DNA from: a virus
Virus record (IMG/VR): IMGVR_UViG_3300022188_000226
Location: 1 to 64,000 of that record
DNA: 64,000 bases
Strand: one strand, 5' to 3'
Shown: positions 52,800-60,834 of the stretch, piece by piece
Position numbering within the stretch: position 1 is the stretch's first letter
Layout: every line of letters starts with the position of its first letter
The notes under the pieces: generated by a model
Told to the model about the DNA's origin: nothing
The model's database searches: none
What the model saw: the letters and a program-made list of their open reading frames with translations, nothing else
Made by a program: the position numbers and the translations under genes

Positions 52800-53405
52800 A
52801 TGGAAAATGACTTAAAAGAACAAATTCGTAAAGCATTAACTCTACAAGACCAAACTACTATTTTTTATAGTGGGGTTGAACACGATTTAGAAGAAGCTTG
52901 TGCTGCTTTTTTAAAGTTTAAGGGATATAGGGTTATAAATCCTACGGATTATAAGTATAACATTCGTAATATAACTGATCTTGCTAGCTTTTTCTACGCT
53001 ATGCTAGATTCTAGGCACCCTGAGTACATAAATGTGTACAGAAATTTGGGCCGTGACAGAAAAATAGCTTCTTTATTCGTTAGAAACAGAATGGAAACCA
53101 CAGGTAACAGTAAAGAAATAGCTCTTAAAGAGTGTGCTGCTATCATCGATACTGTTTTCAAATACGAAAAGAAATTTAAGTTTAGAACTGACATATATTT
53201 TGGTATGTTCGGACAAGCTAATCTTAGTTGGGTTACAAGAAGGGCTGTTGAGTTAATGAACAAGAAGATGGATGACGCACGTAGAGAAAGAAGTCGAAAA
53301 GACGTAGAACGTATTGAGCATGAACAACAAGCAGAATATGATTTAGGGTTTAATAACATTGATTCTATTCTTGAACGTATAGAGGGGGAGGAGAATGGCG
53401 AATAA
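52800..53405 (+). CDS. Hypothetical protein (start MENDLK at 52800)
   Basis: GAGGT SD immediately after the dnaN stop; in operon. Confidence 0.65.
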   Translation: MENDLKEQIRKALTLQDQTTIFYSGVEHDLEEACAAFLKFKGYRVINPTDYKYNIRNITDLASFFYAMLDSRHPEYINVYRNLGRDRKIASLFVRNRMETTGNSKEIALKECAAIIDTVFKYEKKFKFRTDIYFGMFGQANLSWVTRRAVELMNKKMDDARRERSRKDVERIEHEQQAEYDLGFNNIDSILERIEGEENGE

Positions 53406-54510
53406 GAAACAGAGTAAGTCTGTCAAAGGAGATGTCAAAAAAGAAAGCAAGAAAGATGTCAAGGAAGATTCAGCAGAAGCTGCGTTTGAACTTGCTAAAA
53501 AAGCAGTGGAAAAGAAATACGGTGAGGTAGTTTCTACTTTGGCAGAACATGGAGACATGGATATTCCTACTGTCAGTACAGGGTGTCTTAGTCTTGATCT
53601 CGCTCTTGGTTGCGGAGGTATGGGATTAGGTAGGGTTTATGAAATTTATGGGCCAAGTAGTAGTGGTAAGAGTACATTAGGTGTAAATGTCGTGATTCAG
53701 GCCCAGAGAAGAGGTATGCGGTGTTGTTATGTCGACGCTGAACATGCTGTGGACCCGAAACTATTTCGTGCCTATGGAGTTGATACTAAGAATTTACAAT
53801 TAGTGCAGGGTTATGATGGTGAGGAAAACCTTGATATCTTGGAGAGATTTATTAAGACTGACGCGTTTAGTGTAGCTGTTGTCGACAGTGTCAGTGCTCT
53901 TATACCACGCGTTGAAGCAGAATCAGATATTGATAAAGATCAGGTTGCTTTACAAGCCAGACTTATGAGTAAAGCTTTACGTAAAATTACTCCTATTGCA
54001 AACCAAACTCAGACATTACTTATATTTATTAATCAGCTTAGGATGAAGATTGGGGCTTATGGTAATCCAGAAACTACAACTGGTGGGGAGGCTCTGGCGT
54101 TTTACTCTACAGGTAGGATTTCTGTACGTGGTCCAGAGGCTAAGAGTAGGCGACTTATTGATGATGTAACTGGTGAGGTATTTGGACATAGGGCAGAATT
54201 CGAGATTGTTAAGAATAAATTGGCTGCACCTTTCAAAAAATCAGCGGTGAAGCTTATTTATGGTGAAGGTTATGACGCTGCTTGGGAAGTACTTGATATA
54301 GCAACAGGGCTTGGTATTATTGATAAAAAGGGTGCTTGGTATAAATACGAAGGGGAGAACGTTGCACAGGGTGAGACAAATGCAGTAGTTTTTTTAAAAG
54401 ACCCAGATAATGCTAAGGTATATAAAGTTATTAGGGATAATGTGATTAATCAAATTGGTTTAAAGGATGTCTATGAGCGTCATGGCCACAAAGGTCCACT
54501 CTATTCTTAA
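53395..54510 (+). CDS. recA: RecA recombinase
   Basis: STGCLSLDLALG, GPSSSGKST, YVDAEHA, VVDSVSAL, LQARLMSKALRK, FINQLR, PETTTGGEALAFY, VKNKLAAPFK. Confidence 0.97.
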   Translation: MANKKQSKSVKGDVKKESKKDVKEDSAEAAFELAKKAVEKKYGEVVSTLAEHGDMDIPTVSTGCLSLDLALGCGGMGLGRVYEIYGPSSSGKSTLGVNVVIQAQRRGMRCCYVDAEHAVDPKLFRAYGVDTKNLQLVQGYDGEENLDILERFIKTDAFSVAVVDSVSALIPRVEAESDIDKDQVALQARLMSKALRKITPIANQTQTLLIFINQLRMKIGAYGNPETTTGGEALAFYSTGRISVRGPEAKSRRLIDDVTGEVFGHRAEFEIVKNKLAAPFKKSAVKLIYGEGYDAAWEVLDIATGLGIIDKKGAWYKYEGENVAQGETNAVVFLKDPDNAKVYKVIRDNVINQIGLKDVYERHGHKGPLYS

Positions 54511-54835
54511 CAATATGTTTCCGGCAAACCCGCATAAGAGGGTGTTCCTTGAACATTATGTTAAGTATAAGGGAAGTCGTCTGTTCTTTGACTTTTATAT
54601 AAAAGAGTTGAGTGTGTTTATAGAAGTACAGGGAAGACAACATGTGCAATTTGTGAAGCATTTTCATGGGACTATTGACTCTTTTTATAAACAAAAGATA
54701 AGAGACAATTTTAAGATAGAATATGTACAAGAGCACAACCAGTGCCTTGTTAGAATATATGATACAGAAGAAGTTACAGAAGAATTAGTACGTGAAAAAA
54801 TAACTAAAGCTATGGAGATGTGTTTTTATGAGTGA
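54467..54835 (+). CDS. Small PD-(D/E)XK (DUF559/Vsr-like) endonuclease
   Basis: LFFDFYIKELSVFIEVQGRQH...QKIRDNFK...LVRI. Confidence 0.75.
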   Translation: MSMSVMATKVHSILNNMFPANPHKRVFLEHYVKYKGSRLFFDFYIKELSVFIEVQGRQHVQFVKHFHGTIDSFYKQKIRDNFKIEYVQEHNQCLVRIYDTEEVTEELVREKITKAMEMCFYE

Positions 54836-55148
54836 ACTTCTTATAAGTATACCTAAAGAAGAACGTGAGGATGGTAGAACTCCTGACTCTATTAAGTATA
54901 AAAAAGATTGTCCAGATTTTGTTTGTTTGGAGGATGGTACTATTACAAAAGAATATAAGTATTGTAATTTAAGTTTACAGTGTCGTCAAGTTGATATTGT
55001 AAAAAACTGTGAGACGTTTCCTATGGAAGCTAATTATTTACCAGTTTATGATGCTGATGGACGTCTTCGTTCTCACGAGTTATTTTGTACGGGAATGCAT
55101 GATATTCGTTCTTATGTGGAAAGACTTGAAGACGACAAAGTGTCTTAG
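54828..55148 (+). CDS. Hypothetical protein
   Basis: GGAG SD; overlaps the upstream gene; Cys-containing. Confidence 0.6.
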   Translation: MSELLISIPKEEREDGRTPDSIKYKKDCPDFVCLEDGTITKEYKYCNLSLQCRQVDIVKNCETFPMEANYLPVYDADGRLRSHELFCTGMHDIRSYVERLEDDKVS

Positions 55149-55156
55149 GAGATTAT

Positions 55157-55621
55157 ATGAATCCTGATGTGTTATCATTTCAGAATATAAAAATCAATCA
55201 TGATCTATTGAATGAGGTTTGGAAGTTTGACCCACGAACCTTAGATACTTTAAAGGGAGCGAAACTAAGTTCATACGCTATGGCTTTGGCTCAATATCTT
55301 ATTTACTTTACATATCAATGTAATCTATCTAAGGCAGAAATACATAGGCTGAACACGTTTATAGAGAGAACTATTTCTTTAACGTTATCTGCTGACCCGT
55401 CATTATTGAAAGAATATAAAACAAAGAAGGCAGCTGCCGAATATCTAGTGTCTATTGATATGAAACTAATGGAGGCTCAAAGCAAGCTAGAGGCCCTAAA
55501 AAAGGAGATAATGCAAACAGAGGGTATGGATAAGGTAATAAGTGAGTTAATAGCCACAATCAAGCGTGAGCTCACTAGAAGGGAAAATGAATTGTATCAA
55601 GTAAGGATGGAGCGTAGATAA
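55157..55621 (+). CDS. Hypothetical helical/coiled-coil protein (possibly UvsY-like)
   Basis: AGGAGA SD; helical composition; lies between recA and the helicase. The UvsY idea rests on position only. Confidence 0.55.
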   Translation: MNPDVLSFQNIKINHDLLNEVWKFDPRTLDTLKGAKLSSYAMALAQYLIYFTYQCNLSKAEIHRLNTFIERTISLTLSADPSLLKEYKTKKAAAEYLVSIDMKLMEAQSKLEALKKEIMQTEGMDKVISELIATIKRELTRRENELYQVRMERR

Positions 55622-57039
55622 TGGATCAAGATATTAAAATGCGAGAGTTGTTTTGTAGGCCAGCGGATGAGAGAGCCCTGCTTGCTTATTGTATGCACGA
55701 TCTAACGAGTTATTTTGCAGTTTGTGCTAGGCTTGATGCTAATGATTTTTTGTATAGTCAGCATGAAACTATGATGTTGTTACTTCATTCATTGTCAACT
55801 AAAGGATCGGAAAAATTCGATACTCATTTGATAATGTCAGAGGCGTCTGCACAGGGTATATTAGAAGATATTGGAGGAGCTAAGTATGTTCAAACTATAT
55901 CTAATATGAATGTATCGGCACAGAATTTTGAAATACATTTGAATGCTGTAGTTGAGGCGACTACTAAATATAAATTATACAGGTTGTTAAGTGAGCAAAC
56001 GGTTAATCTAGGAGATAATGCTAAAGATGGGTTATCAAGTGCAGATTTACTAAGCTCTGTGGAAGCTGAGATTATGGATTTGTCAATGAGTGGATTTAAT
56101 ATAGATGAACCTATTAATTTGGCAGAAGGTTTGGATGAGTTTCTTGACAAACTTAAAGATAATAAGATAGATTTAAGTGGGTTGTCGACTGGTTACCCAG
56201 TTCTTGATAAACAGATAGATGGTATGATAGCAGGTACGTTGTTAGTGGTAGCAGCTCGCAAAAAGATGGGAAAGAGTGCTTTGTTAACTAATATAGCTAC
56301 TCATGTAGCATACAATCTAAACACACCAGTACTTTATGTTGATACAGAGCTGTCATTTGCTGAATGGAGGACTAGAGCATTAGCTAATTTGTCGGGTGTT
56401 AAGGAACGTAGCATTAAACATGGTGGTTACGATGATTTTACTTATAACAAACTTAAGAAGTGTTCTAAAATTGTAGGTAATGGTAAGTTGTTTCATGAGT
56501 TTATGCCAGGTTATTCTGTAGATAAATTAGTAGCTCTGTATAAAAAATATAGATATAAAGAGAAAATTGGTTTAATAGTATTTGATTATTTAAAAGAGCC
56601 TGATAGCACATCAATTGATAGGCAGCGTAAGGAGTATCAGGTACTAGGTGATGTTACTACTAAACTTAAGGATTTGGCCGGCCAGTTAGATATACCAGCT
56701 ATTACAGCTGTCCAATTGAACAGAAGTAATGATGTTGCGGATAGTGATAGAATTGCTCGTTATGCTGACGTTGTATGTCATTGGGCACAGCGTGACGACG
56801 AAGAAAGAGATGAGGGTGGGGATGTAAGTGGTACCCATAAACTCATCATTAGAGACACAAGACGTGGTGGTGCTACGAGTGAACACGGTATAGGTTATAT
56901 GTTCTTTAAAGAGACTTTAAATATACGAGAAGTACCAATTGATAGGCAATATTTTACTAATTTCGAACGAATTGTAAATGAAGATAGTGCAGGAGAGCCT
57001 TGTGATTACGAAGGGTATGAAAACGAAAAGTTATCTTAG
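55621..57039 (+). CDS. dnaB: Replicative DNA helicase DnaB
   Basis: GLSTGYPVLDKQIDGM, ARKKMGKS, YVDTEL, VFDYL, AVQLNR, DSDRIARYAD. Confidence 0.92.
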   Translation: MDQDIKMRELFCRPADERALLAYCMHDLTSYFAVCARLDANDFLYSQHETMMLLLHSLSTKGSEKFDTHLIMSEASAQGILEDIGGAKYVQTISNMNVSAQNFEIHLNAVVEATTKYKLYRLLSEQTVNLGDNAKDGLSSADLLSSVEAEIMDLSMSGFNIDEPINLAEGLDEFLDKLKDNKIDLSGLSTGYPVLDKQIDGMIAGTLLVVAARKKMGKSALLTNIATHVAYNLNTPVLYVDTELSFAEWRTRALANLSGVKERSIKHGGYDDFTYNKLKKCSKIVGNGKLFHEFMPGYSVDKLVALYKKYRYKEKIGLIVFDYLKEPDSTSIDRQRKEYQVLGDVTTKLKDLAGQLDIPAITAVQLNRSNDVADSDRIARYADVVCHWAQRDDEERDEGGDVSGTHKLIIRDTRRGGATSEHGIGYMFFKETLNIREVPIDRQYFTNFERIVNEDSAGEPCDYEGYENEKLS

Positions 57040-58066
57040 ATATAAAGACAAAAAATTAGAGAATCTCAAGGAGAGACTTGATTATCTAAAGCACTCGGTA
57101 GACCCACAATATCTATTAAAAGAGTTAGGGTTTGAGTATACTAGAGAAACTTCTAAAGAGCTACGTAGTAGATGTATTATTCATGGTGGTGATAATAAAA
57201 CTGCGTTTAGATTTAATAAAGATACTCGTACATGGGTGTGCTTTACTCATAAGTGTCATGAAGAGCACGGTAACGATTTGATTGGGCTTATAAGGGCTGT
57301 GACAGGTCGTGATTTTCTACAATCTGTTGAGTTCTTAAAGCAGTTTACTCCAGATCTTGATGATATAGACTACGTAAAAGCTAAAAGAAAGAGAGAGATA
57401 GATGATTTTATTAAGTCTCATGACCAAGTAAATGTAAAACCCAAGGCTGTTAATGAAAGTTCTCTTGAGAGTTTTAGAAGCATGGGAGCTAATTATTTTA
57501 TTGGTCAAGGGTTTAAAAAAGAAACTATGGATTATTTTGAAGTGGGGCATGGTTGGACTGATACACACGGTGTTACTAGAGCAGTAATCCCTATTAGGGA
57601 TGAACGTGGTGAGTTAGTTGCTTACAGTCTCAGGGATATAAGAGAGGGTGTTGATGATGATTTTAAATATATTTTAACTCCAGGATTTAATAAACAAGGT
57701 AATCTTTATAACCTAAATAACGCTCAAGAATACGGCGATAAATTACCTATTATTGTAGTAGAAGGGTTTAAAAGTGTATGGAGATTACATGAATACGGTA
57801 TAAAGAATGTAGTAGCTACAATGGGGGCAGGAATAACTGAAGGACAGCAATTCTTGTTGTGTATGTACGCTATGAAGGGGGCAGTAACACTCTTTGATAA
57901 TGATAGGGCTGGAGTTGAGGGCACTATATCAGCATGTAAAGATCTTTCAGGAAAGCTCGACACACGACCTGTGTTTATTCAAGAAGTAGATGAGAATGGT
58001 AAGGGTTTAGACCCAGCAGATTTAACTAAAGAACAAGTATATGAATACTTGGAAACATATTTTTAA
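57017..58066 (+). CDS. dnaG: DnaG-type primase (CHC2 zinc finger plus TOPRIM)
   Basis: CIIHGGDN...WVCFTHKC; IPIRDERG; IIVVEGF; FDNDRAG; DPADL. Start could be 57017 or 56978. Confidence 0.9.
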   Translation: MKTKSYLRYKDKKLENLKERLDYLKHSVDPQYLLKELGFEYTRETSKELRSRCIIHGGDNKTAFRFNKDTRTWVCFTHKCHEEHGNDLIGLIRAVTGRDFLQSVEFLKQFTPDLDDIDYVKAKRKREIDDFIKSHDQVNVKPKAVNESSLESFRSMGANYFIGQGFKKETMDYFEVGHGWTDTHGVTRAVIPIRDERGELVAYSLRDIREGVDDDFKYILTPGFNKQGNLYNLNNAQEYGDKLPIIVVEGFKSVWRLHEYGIKNVVATMGAGITEGQQFLLCMYAMKGAVTLFDNDRAGVEGTISACKDLSGKLDTRPVFIQEVDENGKGLDPADLTKEQVYEYLETYF

Positions 58067-58078
58067 GGAGGAAGTTTT

Positions 58079-58396
58079 ATGGAAGGTGAAAATTTTGTAA
58101 GTTTAAAAGGTAGCATTCAGTGGCCGGAGCTAAGAACTGTTGGCGAGAACAATACGTCTTTATTTAAGGGTAAACTGGCAATTCCTTTTGGTCAAGATAA
58201 GTCTCAGTATCTTAAAATAGCAGCATGGAACAGTATTGCAGAGGGTTTAGGTGCTCTACCAAAAGATGCTTTTATTCATATTCACGGTCATATAGAAGAA
58301 CGTTCGTATGACGGGAATTGTAAACACTGCAAGGGAGTTGAAAAAAAGTACTGGACTGAAGTTATTGTAGATAATTTTTCTCCACTGGAGGCGTAA
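58079..58396 (+). CDS. ssb: Single-stranded DNA-binding protein (OB fold, no acidic tail)
   Basis: NFVSLKG..PELRT..IAAWNSIAE..IHIHGHIEERSY..KKYWTEVIVDNF. Confidence 0.8.
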   Translation: MEGENFVSLKGSIQWPELRTVGENNTSLFKGKLAIPFGQDKSQYLKIAAWNSIAEGLGALPKDAFIHIHGHIEERSYDGNCKHCKGVEKKYWTEVIVDNFSPLEA

Positions 58397-58791
58397 TGAC
58401 AGAAAAAGCTAAATTAGAAGAAAAATTTATTAGGGGTACACCACCACCAGTTTTAATGCCAGCAAAGAATTACATCTTTAAGATTACAAACGAGCATTTC
58501 GTGATTGAGTTACCACGTTCTGGTACTTATCACGATATAGCCCCAGAGTTTTTCAATGAAGATGCAGGCTCGTTTAATATATTCGATGAAGAAAGTAAGA
58601 TTTTGTACATGCCGGCAATTACTAAAGTACTGTTTGCGGCAGCTAAGTACCCTGATTTGGAGTTTAATCAGTTTTTTACACCTTATTCGATTAAGATCGA
58701 TAATGATAAGGTACTCATTTCTGGAATGATTATTGATATGGTACTTCCAATAAAAGATGAAGAAAAGACTGAAAAGGAGGTTACTGAATAA
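58396..58791 (+). CDS. Hypothetical protein
   Basis: GGAGG SD; TAATG coupling. Confidence 0.65.
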   Translation: MTEKAKLEEKFIRGTPPPVLMPAKNYIFKITNEHFVIELPRSGTYHDIAPEFFNEDAGSFNIFDEESKILYMPAITKVLFAAAKYPDLEFNQFFTPYSIKIDNDKVLISGMIIDMVLPIKDEEKTEKEVTE

Positions 58792-59154
58792 ATGGAATGT
58801 CTTAATTGTCAAGGAACTGATGTTATGACTTTTTTTAATGAGATTATTACTTGTTCTCATTGTAAAGAAGACAACGATGTTTCGTATAATGTATGTCAAA
58901 CTTGTGGTTTGATTTGGAAAGCTGTGAATGATAAACCTATATCAGAGTCTGTTTTCACAGATACTGATCTTGGCGAGGTGTTAGGGGATTCTCTAGATAA
59001 ATTTATGGAGAATATTAGTCATGAAACAGCTTCTACTGGTACTATGAATGAGATAGTTCATAAGTGTTTGCGGTGTGAAACTATAGCGTATGAGGTGGCC
59101 CCACGTCTTTACCGTTGCCCAGAATGCAGGTTCGAGTGGGAGGTTATTACATAG
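58792..59154 (+). CDS. Multi-zinc-ribbon protein
   Basis: CLNC, CSHC, CQTC, CLRC, CPEC; AAAGGAGG SD. Confidence 0.75.
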   Translation: MECLNCQGTDVMTFFNEIITCSHCKEDNDVSYNVCQTCGLIWKAVNDKPISESVFTDTDLGEVLGDSLDKFMENISHETASTGTMNEIVHKCLRCETIAYEVAPRLYRCPECRFEWEVIT

Positions 59155-59237
59155 TAATCTTTCATTACTAATTATTAACATATCTTAATGAACAGATTTA
59201 GAGCCGCAATCCTCAGAGGGTTTCCGGGGTTAGGCTC

Positions 59238-59265
59238 TTGACAAGTTAGATTTAATACTTATTAT
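59238..59265 (+). promoter_or_regulatory. Sigma70-type promoter upstream of the tnpB remnant/omegaRNA copy 1
   Basis: TTGACA at 59238, TATTAT at 59260; preceded by an AGAGCC...GGCTCT stem-loop (59200..59238). Confidence 0.6.
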
Positions 59266-59296
59266 TAAAATAGATATTAAATTTACAGGATAATTT

Positions 59297-59524
59297 ATGA
59301 TAACAAGAGAATTAAAATTACGATTAACGACCAAACAGAAAAATTTACTAAATCAATAGTTATTTAATTTGACTGGAACGTATAACTGGGAATGCAGTGC
59401 TTGTGGGGCACAGCTCGATCGCGATCTTAATGGAGCTAGAAATATCTTCGTAAGATCTTTGGGAGATTCACTTGCACTGAAGAGAATGTTAACTTCCTCA
59501 GTGTGCATTGTTAATAATTGTTAA
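59297..59524 (+). pseudogene. tnpB: Internally deleted, chimeric tnpB remnant
   Basis: Reads MITRELKLRLTTKQKNLLNQ*LFNLTGTYNW|ECSACGAQLDRDLNGARNIFVRSLGDS. Bases 59384..59430 are identical to 51498..51544. Confidence 0.9.
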
Positions 59525-59538
59525 CGAAAAAGAATTGG
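59412..59538 (+). ncRNA. Orphan TnpB omegaRNA/right-end-like repeat, copy 1
   Basis: 127-bp near-identical repeat of 60699..60825; derived from a tnpB 3' end; CACTGA..TCAGTG and GTTAAT..GTTAAC stems; ends ATTGG. Confidence 0.65.
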
Positions 59539-59545
59539 AAAAATT

Positions 59546-60481
59546 ATGACAGAAAATGATATTAAGAATTTAAAAGAAATAAGAGAATTTTTAGAAAAAA
59601 ACAATATTAAGTATAGTATTGAATTGGACAATTTTTGTTTGTTTTATGATGAGTGGCCAGAAAAAAGAAGATATGAAATAGAGTATGTGCGGGCATTAGA
59701 TTTTCCTATAGAGTATCCAAAATATGATATAGGGGGAGTGAATAAGAATTACTTTTTTAATAAATCTATAGAAGCAGAGGAAAATAACTCGTTTAAGATG
59801 TGGATCAAAGATTTTGAGTGGGATGATGATAGGAAGAGACCTATATTGAAGTCACAAATACTTCATGCTTATGGGATTACACCTTATAAATTCTATGCTC
59901 GTGAGTGTATTGTCAAAGAGGTAGGCACCAAAGAAGGAAGGGAATTCGAGGTTGAGAATTGTTTTTATGGAAAAAGAGGGGCAAGTCTAAGTCTTGGTTT
60001 GTATTTGAAGAAGGATAAAAATGGTTTTAAAAAAGACACACTTCTTATGTTGTATACATTCGGCATGAATTTTTTTGGAAAAAGTAAAAACATGTTAGAA
60101 GTATTGCGAGTAGGTACTTTGAAAAAATCCTATGTTACTGGCGGTGCTTCTAAGTTGCTTAAACATTTTATTAAGAACTATGAAACAATTAAGATTGGTA
60201 AGCGTGATGTTGAAGTTTCTGTTTTAAAATTTTATAGCGATTATGACCATAATTTGGGGTCTAGTATGCAGGGGATAGGGTTTAAATTTCATAATTATTC
60301 CAAGGGGGGTTTTATGAATTATTGGGCCGAGAGTGGGGAAGTGCGGCATAGACAGCCAATGAAGCATAAGTGGGTGATGGCACAAATAGCTGATGGAAAA
60401 TGTAGAAGTATTCCTAATGCAGGAGTTAAGACCTTCTTACTGGATGTTTCAACTTATAAAAAAGAAGTCGGTATAACTTAA
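59546..60481 (+). CDS. Hef-like phage protein (homing-endonuclease-associated GGASKLL family)
   Basis: FYARECIVKEV...FEVENCFYG...LGLY...TFG...VTGGASKLLKHF...YSD...GF. Confidence 0.7.
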   Translation: MTENDIKNLKEIREFLEKNNIKYSIELDNFCLFYDEWPEKRRYEIEYVRALDFPIEYPKYDIGGVNKNYFFNKSIEAEENNSFKMWIKDFEWDDDRKRPILKSQILHAYGITPYKFYARECIVKEVGTKEGREFEVENCFYGKRGASLSLGLYLKKDKNGFKKDTLLMLYTFGMNFFGKSKNMLEVLRVGTLKKSYVTGGASKLLKHFIKNYETIKIGKRDVEVSVLKFYSDYDHNLGSSMQGIGFKFHNYSKGGFMNYWAESGEVRHRQPMKHKWVMAQIADGKCRSIPNAGVKTFLLDVSTYKKEVGIT

Positions 60482-60527
60482 AATAATGTCTAAAAAATTA
60501 ACATATTATTTATAGAAAGATCAGAAA

Positions 60528-60573
60528 GTCAATAATCACTATCCTAAAGGAGTAGTAGTTTTACGCCAGTTAT
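60528..60573 (+). mobile_element. Minimal IS200/IS605 (IscB-type) end-fusion MITE/REP-like scar
   Basis: GTCAATAA (left-end-like) + ACTATCC-TAAA-GGAGTAGT hairpin + GTTTTACGCC (right-end-like), followed by ATAAA. Confidence 0.5.
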
Positions 60574-60631
60574 ATAAAAAGGTTTTTTGTAATTAATAGG
60601 TAAGAAAACCTCAAATATTTTAAATTAACAC

Positions 60632-60665
60632 TTGACAAAAGCTTTTGCATGTATTATATTATAAT
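60632..60665 (+). promoter_or_regulatory. Sigma70-type promoter upstream of omegaRNA copy 2 and dnaJ
   Basis: ACTTGACAAA-N9-ATGTATTATATTAT, matching the 50390 promoter (N8). Confidence 0.75.
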
Positions 60666-60698
60666 TAATAAACTTTAACAAAGTCTAAAGTTATTTAA

Positions 60699-60825
60699 AG
60701 CTCGATCGTGATCTTAATGGAGCTAGAAATATCTTCGTAAGATCTTTGGGATATTCACCCGCACTGAAGAAAATGTTAACTTCTTCAGCGTGCGTTGTTA
60801 ATGATTGTTAACGAAAAAGGATCGG
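60699..60825 (+). ncRNA. Orphan TnpB omegaRNA/right-end-like repeat, copy 2
   Basis: Repeat of 59412..59538; perfect CTGAAGAA/TTCTTCAG stem; ends ATCGG; lies just downstream of a promoter with no protein ORF. Confidence 0.7.
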
Positions 60826-60834
60826 TGATTTAAA

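Larger units (their letters stand above)
59144..60825 (+). mobile_element. Putative composite non-autonomous TnpB/IS607-like cassette carrying a Hef-like gene
   Basis: Bounded by GGAGG| on the left and ATCGG| on the right. It contains a deleted tnpB, two 127-bp right-end copies and two promoters. Removing it restores GGAGGTG-7nt-GTG for dnaJ. Confidence 0.5.

Noticed and set aside
53395-58066. Inteins or introns in recA, dnaB or dnaG
   Set aside because: The proteins are of normal length with contiguous motifs and no intein splice-junction signatures.
59357-59359. In-frame TAG in the tnpB remnant as evidence of stop-codon recoding
   Set aside because: It replaces TGG in a deleted pseudogene. 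Many intact genes end in TAG followed directly by the next SD, and coding density is high under code 11.
60486-60527. MSKKLT...FIERSE-like fragment resembling a homing-endonuclease N-terminal repeat
   Set aside because: Too short and needs a frameshift; it cannot be supported without a search.
59412-60825. 127-bp repeats considered as a CRISPR array or attL/attR sites
   Set aside because: Only two long copies 1.3 kb apart, clearly derived from a tnpB 3' end; no repeat-spacer periodicity, cas1/cas2 or integrase.
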